From an uncultured Candidatus Saccharibacteria bacterium (GTDB lineage Bacteria; Patescibacteriota; Minisyncoccia; Phycocordibacterales; UBA2100), in assembly GCA_964623775.1 (NCBI GenBank), contig CAZUVH010000001.1, forward strand, positions 220,784-284,783: DNA of 64,000 bases. Direction: 5' to 3'. Positions 8,027 through 17,191 of the stretch are shown piece by piece. The position numbers and the translations under genes are program-made. The notes under the pieces were generated by a model that was not told the DNA's origin, did not search any database, and was given only the letters and a program-made list of their open reading frames with translations. Position 1 is the stretch's first letter, and the number at the start of each line of letters is the position of its first letter.

Positions 8027-8692
8027 TTATCGAGTTTCTACGACCTCGACTCTCGCAGGTCCACGGAGAACCCGTGCAAATTTGTACTCGAATGTACCAG
8101 CCCAGAGTTCGATTATTTTTTCGGCGACCCATTTCGTTTTGAGAGCATCTTTGGGAACAGGAGCCCCGCTTCTTTCCCAGAATTGCGTGGACATCCCGCC
8201 CGGCCCAACCACCAATACTTTCCCGACCCTATCATCGAGCGATACGGAGTTGGCCAACATGCCGAGTCCAGCCTTAACAGCTGTATACATCGGCTCAAGT
8301 AAACGCGGAGTCCATTGCGACGTTGAAGTGATTGCAATGAAACCCGGGAGTACTTCTTGTGCATGAAGAATTTTCTGCAAAAAAAGCGCAGACGCAAGAA
8401 GACCTACTCGGTTCATTTTTTCAATGTCTGCGTCGCTCAAATCGCTAATCTTTCCTTCTTGGTAAAAGCCAGCAGCGTAGGCAAGTGTGTCTATACACGG
8501 CAGTTCGGTGAGAAGCTGGGTCACCCCTTGGCCGAGTGAATCAGAGTCCAGATCGAGTCGTAGAAATGTTACGCGGTCGTCTTTAGGATCGTGTCGGCCT
8601 GTCACAAAAACCTTGTTGTTTTTCGCGAAGATTAGGGCGATTTCCAGACCGAGACCTGAACTCCCGCCAATAACCAAAACGTTTTTTATCAT
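8027..8692 (-). CDS. short-chain dehydrogenase/reductase (SDR) family oxidoreductase
   Basis: VLVIGGSSGLGLEIA Rossmann motif, YTAVKAGL (YxxxK) catalytic motif; start chosen at MIKNV with GGGAGAA SD 8 nt upstream rather than the upstream ATG of the ORF track. Confidence 0.75.
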   Translation of the reverse strand: MIKNVLVIGGSSGLGLEIALIFAKNNKVFVTGRHDPKDDRVTFLRLDLDSDSLGQGVTQLLTELPCIDTLAYAAGFYQEGKISDLSDADIEKMNRVGLLASALFLQKILHAQEVLPGFIAITSTSQWTPRLLEPMYTAVKAGLGMLANSVSLDDRVGKVLVVGPGGMSTQFWERSGAPVPKDALKTKWVAEKIIELWAGTFEYKFARVLRGPARVEVVETR

Positions 8693-8766
8693 TACTCTGA
8701 TTCTCCCATCATTACGAAAAGAGCCAACTGGCACTCACTATACTGCAAAGGGAACGGAACGGATAT

Positions 8767-9201
8767 TTAGTGCGTAAATACAAAGACGAAGATCGATAGA
8801 GCTCCGTTTATGAGGCGATCGAATCCGTCGCTACTGGTCACGACGGTTGCGGCGATGCGCGGATCGACGTGCTTCTTTTCGGGACTCGGCTTTGGGGCGA
8901 TCTCAGGCATCGTGAGCATCGGCACCTTCTTCTCCGGCTTCAATGCCGGCATGCCCATTTCATCGATCGTGACCGGCTGCGGCATGATGGGCTCTTTCGG
9001 TGGCTTTGGCGCCTCGGGTAGCGTAGGGGGCACCAGTGCGGGGATTTTTGTCGGCTGTGCAACGCCAGTGATCGGCGCCGGCTTTTTGGGGGCAGAAGGG
9101 CTGGATTCTGGCACTGGGGCGGTGATGTACCACACATAGGCGACAACGAGCATTGTCGCTGCGAATATCTTCCAGAAGATCTTCGCGTTTTCTTTTGTCA
9201 T
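8767..9201 (-). CDS. Pro-rich membrane-anchored protein (last gene of the VirD4-like operon)
   Basis: N-terminal TM (IFWKIFAATMLVVAYVWYI), then PKKPAP...PKPPKEP...PKPSPEKK region; antisense Gly-rich ORF 8810..9139 is the mirror artefact; the strand choice is inference from operon context. Confidence 0.4.
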   Translation of the reverse strand: MTKENAKIFWKIFAATMLVVAYVWYITAPVPESSPSAPKKPAPITGVAQPTKIPALVPPTLPEAPKPPKEPIMPQPVTIDEMGMPALKPEKKVPMLTMPEIAPKPSPEKKHVDPRIAATVVTSSDGFDRLINGALSIFVFVFTH

Positions 9202-9235
9202 ACCCCGTATACCTGCAGTGTACGCACAATGAGTT

Positions 9236-10510
9236 TTAGCGCAATTGGTGTTGTAGAGTGGTCTCCACGAGCGCTCGGGGCCATCCATAGGCGAGCCGAT
9301 TGAGGGTCACCACCTTCTCGGTGATAGGCGAGGGAGGTGCCTCCTGGGGCGCGAGGCTTCTGCCCGAGAAAACCTCGCTCGTCTTGCCGTCGATCATGAG
9401 TTTTATATAGAAATTGAAACGTGGAAGGCCGAGGAAATCGGCTTCGTGGATCCCCGCCATCTCGCGCGAGAGGATTTTGGCATCCTCGACGCCCACTTCG
9501 AATGCGGCGAGCGTGCCCACGTTGCCGAGGACTGCGTCTTTGATATTTTCCGGCAGCTGCGAGAAATACTGGTTGGTGAGATGCATGCCGAGTCCATATT
9601 TACGTGATTCGCTGAGGAGGGAGGCAAACGTGTCTGTCGCAAAATTCTGAAACTCGTCGACGTAGAGGTAGAAGGGCGCGCGATCATCCGCCGATCTCTT
9701 GGCGCGCTTGAGAGTCGCTGCTTGTAGTCGAGACATAAGGATGAGGCCAAGCATGTGCGCGTTGATCTCGCCGATTTTCCCCTTCGAGAGGTTGCAAAGC
9801 ACGATTTTGCGATTGTCCATCATTTCGCCAAAATCGAACGAGCTCACGTGCTGGCTCATGATGTTGCGCATGAGCGCGTTGTTCATAAAGGGGCCGAATT
9901 TGGACATGAAGTAATTCAGCATTTCGCTCTTGTGGAAGTCCGACGTCTTCTGCATCTGCTTGGTCCAAAAGTCGATGACGAGAGGATCGGTGAGGTGCGC
10001 GCGTTTTTGCCGCTCGAATTCACGATCGACGAAGAGCCGGGGGATCTCGAGAATACTGCCGCCCTCAGGACCAGTCATCACGGTGAGCGCCGCGTTGCGC
10101 AACCAGTGTTCGAATTGCGGACCGATGACACCGGTTTTCTTGGGATCAAAGAGTTTGTAGAAAATCTGAATGCATTCGTTGACCAGGAAATCTTTCTCGA
10201 ATTCGTCGTGCGCCTCGAGGAGATTGAGCCCCATCGGGAATTCCGTATCGCTCGGATTGAAAAGCACCACATCCTGCAGCCGCTCACGCGGGATATGCGC
10301 GAGGAGCCAATCGATCGACTCTCCGTGTGGGTCGATATAGCAGGCGCCATCACCGTTTTCAATATCTTGGAGGCACATGTTTTGGAAGACTGTCGACTTA
10401 CCGACACCCGTCTTACCGATCATGTACATGTGGCGCAGACGATCGGCGGGCTTGAAGCCGATGAGATTTCTTTTGCCGCGATGGACGCTTTCGCCGATGT
10501 GAATGTTCAT
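9236..10510 (-). CDS. VirD4/TraG-like coupling-protein-type P-loop ATPase (TrwB_AAD_bind/DUF87-like), soluble, no N-terminal TM
   Basis: Walker A MIGKTGVGKST; YIDPHGE matches the coupling-protein DPKGE motif; Walker B FYLYVDEFQNF; start overlaps the upstream small gene (ATGA). Confidence 0.65.
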   Translation of the reverse strand: MNIHIGESVHRGKRNLIGFKPADRLRHMYMIGKTGVGKSTVFQNMCLQDIENGDGACYIDPHGESIDWLLAHIPRERLQDVVLFNPSDTEFPMGLNLLEAHDEFEKDFLVNECIQIFYKLFDPKKTGVIGPQFEHWLRNAALTVMTGPEGGSILEIPRLFVDREFERQKRAHLTDPLVIDFWTKQMQKTSDFHKSEMLNYFMSKFGPFMNNALMRNIMSQHVSSFDFGEMMDNRKIVLCNLSKGKIGEINAHMLGLILMSRLQAATLKRAKRSADDRAPFYLYVDEFQNFATDTFASLLSESRKYGLGMHLTNQYFSQLPENIKDAVLGNVGTLAAFEVGVEDAKILSREMAGIHEADFLGLPRFNFYIKLMIDGKTSEVFSGRSLAPQEAPPSPITEKVVTLNRLAYGWPRALVETTLQHQLR

Positions 10511-10746
10511 ATGAGTGAAATGTCGAGTTTTTTCTGGATAAAGTATTCGGACTTGAGCGTCTTGTTGAGTTCTTTCCGTACCGCCTCCGTCTTCGCGTCG
10601 GATTCGATCATGGCGACGAGCGATTGGTGTTCATACTCGATCTTCTTTTCGAGTGCGTGGAGAAGGGCAGGGCTGATATCGCGCGCCACTGAGGCGAGCA
10701 TGTCGCGGCGTTGCTCCACCATCTTTTGTGCGTGAGCGTGTGTCAT
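10507..10746 (-). CDS. small helical protein (79 aa), translationally coupled on both sides
   Basis: Start overlaps the Clp-like stop (ATGA) and its stop overlaps the VirD4-like start (ATGA). Confidence 0.5.
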   Translation of the reverse strand: MTHAHAQKMVEQRRDMLASVARDISPALLHALEKKIEYEHQSLVAMIESDAKTEAVRKELNKTLKSEYFIQKKLDISLI

Positions 10747-12401
10747 ACAGTGCCAAGGAGTGATTGGACTAATAAGGTCTCGCAGGTTTCCTCGACAAAT
10801 CGCTTCACGGGACGTGCTCCGAAGCGGGGATCTGAGAGGTGTGCGATCTTCTCTCGCATCGCGGCGGGTTCGATGTCGAATTGCACGCGATGTTTTGAGA
10901 GACGCTTCTCGATCTTCTTGATCTCAAGCTCGGCGATTGAGACGAGACTCTTGGTAGAGAGGGGATTGAAAATGAGCACAGCATCGAAACGGTTGATGAA
11001 TTCGAGTCGAAAAGTCTTGGCGAGTATGGGCAGGATCTTTTCTCGCACCACGGACTCATCGCCAAGATCGTCGCCATGCTCGAATGCCTGAAGTATTTCC
11101 GCGACACCCGTATTGGATGTCGCCATGACGATCGTGTTGCGTGCGTCGACTGTCTCATTCTGTCCGGAGGTGAGTCGGCCGTCGTCGAGTACCTGGAGGA
11201 AGATGTCGAAGACTTTTGGATGCGCTTTTTCTATTTCGTCGAGCAGGATGAGAGAGTACGGCTCTTTGCGCAACGCATTGGTGAGCGCGCCGCCCTCGTC
11301 GTAGCCCACGTATCCCGGCGGTGAGCCCACGAGCCTCTGCACCGTGTGATCTTGCTGGAATTCCGACATGTCGAATCGAGCAAAGCTCTCCGACCGACCA
11401 AACATTATCTCCGCGACGCACTTAGCGGTCTCTGTCTTGCCGACACCTGAGGGGCCGAGCATGAGGAACGACCCGAGCGGACGATTTGGATTACGTAGTC
11501 CGAGCTTTGCCCGCTGCAGAGTCGCGGCGATTTTCCTGATCGCACTGGATTGATCGACGATCCGCTCGTTGAGCCGCTCCTCGAGATCCTTCACTCCCGC
11601 GAGTTCATTCTGTGAGAGTTGCGATTCCGGTACGCCCGTTTTGGGTGCGACGACATGCGAGATCGCCTCGCGTGTGAGTACTCGCTGACTTTTCGAGGCG
11701 GCGTACGAAATACTTTCGTCGAGCAGGTGGATCGCCGACTGCGGCATTTGCCCAAGAGTGGGGAAGCGCTCGGTGTGCGCCACGATCTCTTGGAGCGATT
11801 CATCCGGTACGATCACGCGATGGCGCGCATTGAGGCGCGGCAATTTCTCCGAAAGTATTCGTGTGTGCTCTCCGGCGCTCTGTCCCTTGAGATTGATCAC
11901 CTCAAATTCCTGCACGAGCGACGGGTGCTCTTGTTCGAGCCAGGCAAATTCATGCGGTTCGAGTGTAAGGACGACATGCACGTGCTGATCTTTGAGCAGC
12001 TTTTTGTACAAGCGGTACATGCGATGCGTGAGCGTCGCATTGCGGGTGATTTCGCGGCCAAAATCGTCGACGAATATCACGCTATGCGGCACCTGCGAAA
12101 ATGCTTCCGCATACCGCTCTTCGAGTGCGCCGTCATTGTCGAGCGCGTAGAGATGCGAAGTATCAAATTGGAGGAGTGCATATGAGTCGTATTTTGCGTT
12201 ACCGCTCATGCGCTTCATCGCGCCATAGACAAGCATTGATTTGCCGATACCGTTTGGCCCCACGATGAGCGCATTATTTTTGATCCTCCGGCCGAAGACG
12301 CGGTAGAGGCGATCGATCTCACTTTCGCGCCCCACGATTTTCGGAAGCCGCGGAGCTTCTTGGCGGAGATTATAGTAGGCGATTTTTTTCGGATCAGTCA
12401 T
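10743..12401 (-). CDS. Clp/Hsp100-family double-AAA+ ATPase lacking N- and M-domains (ClpA/ClpB D2-like C-terminal half)
   Basis: D1 P-loop LIVGPNGIGKS and Walker B VIFVDDFG; D2 LMLGPSGVGKTETAK, GSPPGYVGYDEGG, SLILLDEIEKAHPKVFDIFLQVLDDGRLT are hallmark ClpA/B D2 signatures; only 552 aa. Confidence 0.7.
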   Translation of the reverse strand: MTDPKKIAYYNLRQEAPRLPKIVGRESEIDRLYRVFGRRIKNNALIVGPNGIGKSMLVYGAMKRMSGNAKYDSYALLQFDTSHLYALDNDGALEERYAEAFSQVPHSVIFVDDFGREITRNATLTHRMYRLYKKLLKDQHVHVVLTLEPHEFAWLEQEHPSLVQEFEVINLKGQSAGEHTRILSEKLPRLNARHRVIVPDESLQEIVAHTERFPTLGQMPQSAIHLLDESISYAASKSQRVLTREAISHVVAPKTGVPESQLSQNELAGVKDLEERLNERIVDQSSAIRKIAATLQRAKLGLRNPNRPLGSFLMLGPSGVGKTETAKCVAEIMFGRSESFARFDMSEFQQDHTVQRLVGSPPGYVGYDEGGALTNALRKEPYSLILLDEIEKAHPKVFDIFLQVLDDGRLTSGQNETVDARNTIVMATSNTGVAEILQAFEHGDDLGDESVVREKILPILAKTFRLEFINRFDAVLIFNPLSTKSLVSIAELEIKKIEKRLSKHRVQFDIEPAAMREKIAHLSDPRFGARPVKRFVEETCETLLVQSLLGTV

Positions 12402-12407
12402 ACATTA

Positions 12408-13922
12408 CTAGCCAGCGCGGCGCATGCTTATTCCGTTCAACGTGCGACGCGAAGTGGTCTGTACCGGAGTGTTGTCGTTTTGAGGTGGGGAATAGCGTGT
12501 CGGTCGCAGCACCTCGGGGTTCACAGATTCTCGTGTGGCGACAAAACGTGGAGTGGTCGGGATGCCGAGTGCGCGCTGTAGAATCTCCGCGCCAGTCATG
12601 ACACGTTCGCTCCTCGTCTCCTCTGCGGCAGGTATATCGATTGTCTCAGCTCGCGCAGGCTTTTCATGGGTAGTCTGTGCCGGGAGTCGCTCCCTCTCGA
12701 CCGAACTCCGTACCACATGGTCTTGCTCCCGTGTCTCACCACTGCTTTTGATATTGATTATTTCTTCGTGTCGCGCGCGATGTTCTCCGAGAGGGAGCGA
12801 CTCCCGGACCACTTCAACTTCTGGTTTTTCTGCAATCGAGAGCTCTGTTTCCTCGAGGCCTTTTTCTTCAACAATCCTCTGCTCCATCTTGGGGATCACC
12901 ACCTCGCGTATCAGTCGTGTGATCGGCTCATTGAAAAGGGGAGCTGGCTCGATTTTCACCGCGGCCTCGGGCGACTCAACGGCGAGCTCTTTTGACGCAG
13001 GGCTCGCTTCCTGTTCTTGTTGTGCAAGCTTAGCTTGCTCAACTGGCGGTTCGGCCCCTTTTTCTTCGACGCTCTCGACGAATACGGGGAGTGATTCAAA
13101 AATCTTTTCTCGCACGGGTTCTGGAGTAGGGGATTCGGGAGCCAAAAAGCGAGAGAGCCAGGATTTTTCTGCCACCTCCTCTTTTTCTTCTGCAATTTCT
13201 GGCGCAGCTTCGTTCACGATCGGCGTTTCAAAATACGTTTCAGCGGGTACTCCGCTATAAAAAGTCGTTTCATGCATGTGGGCGACTGTTTCTTGCACTA
13301 CTTCGATCTGCTCCTCCACTACTTCTTGTGGACTTTCGTGCCACTCGACATGGTGGTCCTTCTCGGAGCTTTCAGAAGTCTCTTCACCTTCAAATTCGTC
13401 ATCCTCTTCATCCTCTCCGATCATCGTCGAGCGGATTTCGTAGCTCACACTGCCATCGGGTGCGCGGAGAAGGTGCGTGACATGTAAAATCTCTTCGCCA
13501 GCGCGCTCCTCGATGTAATCGGGGAGGCGAATCATCGATTCACCGCTCTTCAAAAGCTCGAGCGTCTCGTGGTGCGCTGCGCGGTACCCGTCGTCGTACC
13601 CGCTGTCGATTTTCTCAGTGAGCGATTCTCCCGTACGCGTGTCGACTATCCCTTTGCCATCAAACATATACTCACCCGAGCTGCGGTGGGTGAGCTCCCA
13701 ATCCTCGATCTGGCCACCCTTGTGCTCCAAGATGTCTTGCAGCGCCGGGTCGTCTGTCTCTTTTGAAATTTCGGACTCGTCTTCAAAATCTTTCTCGTCA
13801 TTCTCAAAATCCTCCCGTGCTTTTTCAGCCTCGAGGTCTCTCTCGATATCGCGCAAAATCTCCTCATCTGTGTAGTGTTCTGTTTCGGTGGGCATATATA
13901 CAGCATTCAAAACTCCCGACAC
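12408..13922 (-). CDS. highly acidic Glu-rich low-complexity protein (first gene of operon)
   Basis: 504-aa ORF, GTG at 13922 or ATG at 13895; about 25% D/E; 6-nt gap to the Clp-like gene; no domain recognised. Confidence 0.45.
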   Translation of the reverse strand: MSGVLNAVYMPTETEHYTDEEILRDIERDLEAEKAREDFENDEKDFEDESEISKETDDPALQDILEHKGGQIEDWELTHRSSGEYMFDGKGIVDTRTGESLTEKIDSGYDDGYRAAHHETLELLKSGESMIRLPDYIEERAGEEILHVTHLLRAPDGSVSYEIRSTMIGEDEEDDEFEGEETSESSEKDHHVEWHESPQEVVEEQIEVVQETVAHMHETTFYSGVPAETYFETPIVNEAAPEIAEEKEEVAEKSWLSRFLAPESPTPEPVREKIFESLPVFVESVEEKGAEPPVEQAKLAQQEQEASPASKELAVESPEAAVKIEPAPLFNEPITRLIREVVIPKMEQRIVEEKGLEETELSIAEKPEVEVVRESLPLGEHRARHEEIINIKSSGETREQDHVVRSSVERERLPAQTTHEKPARAETIDIPAAEETRSERVMTGAEILQRALGIPTTPRFVATRESVNPEVLRPTRYSPPQNDNTPVQTTSRRTLNGISMRRAG

Positions 13923-14191
13923 GTGCCGGGGTCTAAATGTGTAAAGCGAGTGCTTCCACAGGGGACTTGGCGCGAGTCGAACATAGCCCTGAACGATCAG
14001 GGGAATGTGTGGGATCCGGCTTTACGGTTACGCGATAGCGAGGGAATTGCACCCTACTTCACCGACACACCTACGAAATGAATACCACGGTCATTATGAC
14101 ACCAGATCAGTATAGATATCTGTGGACAGTGTATTACATCACAGAGCCGCCTTTGTGTCCCTAGTCCCCGGTGCTATATTCGTGGAAATTT

Positions 14192-14785
14192 ATGAACCAG
14201 CCAACTGACCACGGTTCTCAAAAGCCGGACGAACTCTCATTGGCGAAAGACTTTCGCAACAATTCGCGTGAAATGCTTATGTTTGCCATGCGTCGAGGCT
14301 GCGAGTTGGCAGATGAGTTTACTCGCCTTGAGGTTCAGATCGCCGCACTCCTGTTTCCTGTTGCTGGAATCTTCCTCGCTTATTTTACAGCAGCCTCACT
14401 CGACACTAGTGTTACCGCCACGCTCATGCGATTAGGTTTTGCATTTGCTCTTTTCTTCCTAATTGCTTCGCTTGTAATGGGTCTCTTGCATATCAAGCGA
14501 AAAGAAAAGTTTTGGGACGAGGCCCATGTTGCTAGCGTCTCGCGCTTTGATCATTGGACAGCGATGCTGAAAAACGGCGGATCTTTTAAAGAGACCTACG
14601 AATTTCACAGTGGTGTGGGACTCGGTGCGTATGGCGTCAAAACTTCACCTGTATGGACTTGGATACTTCAGACGATTTTTCTCGCAATCGCGATAGGTCT
14701 TTTCTTCGTGTTGGCCATGGTGTTTCTGTTTGGTCATTTCACTAATCAACATGCCGCCCTCATTGAGCGCTCATTGGGCTTATAA
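14192..14785 (+). CDS. hypothetical membrane protein
   Basis: ATG at 14192 (ORF track uses GTG 14171); 4 predicted TM helices; followed by a strong terminator. Confidence 0.5.
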   Translation: MNQPTDHGSQKPDELSLAKDFRNNSREMLMFAMRRGCELADEFTRLEVQIAALLFPVAGIFLAYFTAASLDTSVTATLMRLGFAFALFFLIASLVMGLLHIKRKEKFWDEAHVASVSRFDHWTAMLKNGGSFKETYEFHSGVGLGAYGVKTSPVWTWILQTIFLAIAIGLFFVLAMVFLFGHFTNQHAALIERSLGL

Positions 14786-14837
14786 TATAATGATCACCCT
14801 ATGAAAGACGGTCGCATCATCACATGGTAATGAAAAA

Positions 14838-14858
14838 CCCCCAGAAATGGGGGTTTTT
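14838..14858 (+). terminator. rho-independent terminator
   Basis: CCCCCA-gaaa-TGGGGG followed by TTTTT. Confidence 0.8.
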
Positions 14859-14861
14859 CTA

Positions 14862-14869
14862 TGTATAAT
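14862..14869 (+). promoter_or_regulatory. TG-extended -10 box (TGTATAAT) for a leaderless murD transcript
   Basis: TATAAT at 14864-14869 lies 7 nt before the murD ATG (14877); no SD. Confidence 0.5.
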
Positions 14870-14876
14870 CATTCCG

Positions 14877-16193
14877 ATGAGTGGGTATGAAGAACTATTT
14901 CGTGGCAAGAAAATCACAGTCATGGGACTGGGGATGCTTGGGCGTGGGGTGGGGGATGTGGAATTTTTGGCGAGGTGTGGTGCGGAGGTACTGGTGACGG
15001 ATAAGAAAAGGGAGGGCGAGCTTGCCGAGTCGATCGAGCGTTTGCAGGAATTCCCCGATGTCACATTTCATCTCGGCGGCCACAAGATCGAGGATTTTCA
15101 GCATTGCGACATGGTGCTCAAGGCCGCTGGTGTACCGCTCGACTCACCGGAAATCGCGGCGGCACGTGCGGCCAATATTCCCGTGTATATGTCGACCGCA
15201 CTTTTTGCAAAATACGCTGCAGAAGCTGGGGCGATTGTCGTAGGGATTACCGGTACGCGCGGCAAATCGACGGTGACACACATGATTCATCATGGACTCG
15301 AGCACGTGGGGAAGCGCTCACACCTGGGCGGCAATGTGCGCGGCAAGTCCACGCTCGCGATGTTGCCGGAAATAGAGAAGGGTGATTATTGCGTCCTCGA
15401 GCTCGACTCGTGGCAGCTGCAGGGATTTGGCGATCTCAAGATTTCTCCGCACGTCGCCGTATTCACCAATCTGATGACCGATCACCTCAATTACTATCCG
15501 GACATGGAGACGTATTTTGCCGACAAGGCTGCTATTTTCAGATATCAAAAAGCGGGGGATGCGCTCGTAGTCGGAGGCGCGATAGAGGAGCGCATTGTGG
15601 CGGATCATCCGCCGGTTGTGCCCACGGTGCCGCCTGCGATACCGAAAGAATGGAAATTGCTCGTGCTCGGTGAGCACAATAGAGAGAACGCCGCGCTCGC
15701 TGCGGGCGCGCTTTTTGCGCTCGGGCTTTCGCAGGGCGAAGTGAGCGCTGCGCTGGGATCATTTGACGGGCTTGAGGGCAGGCTCCAGCTCGTGCGTGAG
15801 ATCGACGGCGTGATGATCTGCAACGACAACAACGCGACGACGCCGGAAGCGACGATCGCCGCGATCGCGACGCTCGCAGATGATGGAAAAAAGGTCATAT
15901 TGATCGTGGGAGGCGCAGACAAGAGTCTTGCGCTCGAAGACTTGGCGAGGACGATCAACGAACATGTCGCCGCCACGGTCACATTGAGTGGCACGGGCAC
16001 ACAAAAATTGGTACCGCTCCTGACCGCTCCCTGCGTCCCCGAAGAATCTCTGAGGAGTGCATTTCTGCACGCGATGCAGCTCGCAAAAAGCGGTGACATC
16101 ATTCTCTTCAGCCCCGCGTTCGCATCATTCGGGATGTTCCGCAACGAGTACGACCGCAACGATCAATTCTTGAAGATCGTCAAAGAATTTTAA
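14877..16193 (+). CDS. murD: UDP-N-acetylmuramoylalanine--D-glutamate ligase
   Basis: N-terminal ITVMGLGMLGRGV NAD-like fold, GITGTRGKST P-loop, LVLGEHNRENAALA; the ORF-track start at 14847 reads through the terminator, so ATG 14877 was chosen. Confidence 0.85.
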   Translation: MSGYEELFRGKKITVMGLGMLGRGVGDVEFLARCGAEVLVTDKKREGELAESIERLQEFPDVTFHLGGHKIEDFQHCDMVLKAAGVPLDSPEIAAARAANIPVYMSTALFAKYAAEAGAIVVGITGTRGKSTVTHMIHHGLEHVGKRSHLGGNVRGKSTLAMLPEIEKGDYCVLELDSWQLQGFGDLKISPHVAVFTNLMTDHLNYYPDMETYFADKAAIFRYQKAGDALVVGGAIEERIVADHPPVVPTVPPAIPKEWKLLVLGEHNRENAALAAGALFALGLSQGEVSAALGSFDGLEGRLQLVREIDGVMICNDNNATTPEATIAAIATLADDGKKVILIVGGADKSLALEDLARTINEHVAATVTLSGTGTQKLVPLLTAPCVPEESLRSAFLHAMQLAKSGDIILFSPAFASFGMFRNEYDRNDQFLKIVKEF

Positions 16194-16200
16194 ATAGAAA

Positions 16201-16223
16201 CCCCGCGGTATCCGCGGGGTTTG
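16201..16223. terminator. bidirectional terminator
   Basis: CCCCGCGG-tat-CCGCGGGG palindrome flanked by A- and T-tracts between convergent genes. Confidence 0.75.
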
Positions 16224-16234
16224 ATGTCTTTTCG

Positions 16235-16777
16235 TTATTGTCGGGCCTCGTTTTCTCGATCGATCCTGATCCATGTAGCTGCGCTCACGAAAACGTATGC
16301 GGCGTTGAGGAAGAAGAACACCCATGCGCCTGCGCTGTACGCGTAGATCACGAGGAACACGCCGCCGGCCGCCAACATAAGAAACGCACTCTGCCACGGC
16401 AGTGCCATAAGCCCGATGATGATCAGAAGGAGTCCGAGTGAGCCAATCCACGTCCACGTGTCGGTGATGCTTCCACTGACAGAGAGACCCGCACAGGTGA
16501 GTGCTGTGAACATAAGCATCGCTGGCACGCTTTTCTCTCGAGAAAATCCCAGCATCTGCGATCCGCTCCACATGCAGACGAGCACCTGGAGCAGGGCGAA
16601 GACGTCATTGTGCAGGAAAAGTTTCGCGTATATGGCGAGCACGAACGCACCGAGCATCGTGAATCCATCGCGGTATCGATCGGACGCGACGCCGATGATG
16701 ATCAGGATAAATGCTGCATAGGCGAGTCCGTTCCATGCGGTACTGATCGGCGATGTGAATCCCAGCAATTCCAACAT
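16235..16777 (-). CDS. integral membrane protein (5-6 predicted TM helices)
   Basis: 180-aa hydrophobic ORF; no family assigned. Confidence 0.5.
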   Translation of the reverse strand: MLELLGFTSPISTAWNGLAYAAFILIIIGVASDRYRDGFTMLGAFVLAIYAKLFLHNDVFALLQVLVCMWSGSQMLGFSREKSVPAMLMFTALTCAGLSVSGSITDTWTWIGSLGLLLIIIGLMALPWQSAFLMLAAGGVFLVIYAYSAGAWVFFFLNAAYVFVSAATWIRIDRENEARQ

Positions 16778-16850
16778 TGAGCTCTCCCGTGATGTTCTGC
16801 CGACATTAAAGCCGAGCAGGGGACGATGTCAACTGAATCAACAGATTCGA

Positions 16851-17120
16851 TTATGAACTCTGCGCAGGGACACGCTCGCGCAGGAGTGCGATGCCTTTTT
16901 GCATAGCTTCAGTGGTCTCGGGGTCTTTTTCGAGATCGACTATTGTCTGTTGAAGGACGCTGTCGATGCCGTTGCTGTTGTCGAAAAGGTACGAGGGGAA
17001 CTCTTGGAATTTTTCAAAATATTGCTGAAACGTTTTCTTTCGAACATCCGGATTTTTGCTCGTCGCGCCTTCTTTCAGGTCGGCAAAATTGAATTTTGGC
17101 TGTTTTTCCCTTTTTACCAT
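16851..17120 (-). CDS. hypothetical protein (approx. 89 aa)
   Basis: Start placed at ATG 17120 (MVKREKQPKF...) with a TACAAT box 8 nt upstream; the longer ORF-track start (17210) would overlap the divergent gene. Confidence 0.4.
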   Translation of the reverse strand: MVKREKQPKFNFADLKEGATSKNPDVRKKTFQQYFEKFQEFPSYLFDNSNGIDSVLQQTIVDLEKDPETTEAMQKGIALLRERVPAQSS

Positions 17121-17176
17121 TACGCGTATTGTAGCGCGTATTATTTTGCGCGATAGATAGCGGAAGAATGTCGCGT

Positions 17177-17184
17177 TGTATACT
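17177..17184 (+). promoter_or_regulatory. TG-extended -10 box (TGTATACT) for a leaderless transcript
   Basis: 7 nt upstream of ATG 17192; same geometry as murD. Confidence 0.45.
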
Positions 17185-17191
17185 GTTTTAT

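Noticed and set aside
8810-9139. Gly-rich plus-strand ORF
   Set aside because: Exact antisense of the Pro-rich region of 8767..9201 (CCN vs GGN codons); the minus-strand version fits the operon and has an N-terminal TM, though this choice is itself only moderately confident
13961-14070. Possible tRNA/tmRNA in the 13.9-14.2 kb intergenic region
   Set aside because: Manual folding on both strands gave no cloverleaf with paired acceptor and T-arm, and no tmRNA 5'/3' conserved blocks (kept only as a low-interest finding)
15605-16159. 184-aa minus-strand ORF and other ORFs inside murD
   Set aside because: Shadow ORFs antisense to murD; Ala/Ser-rich low-complexity translation
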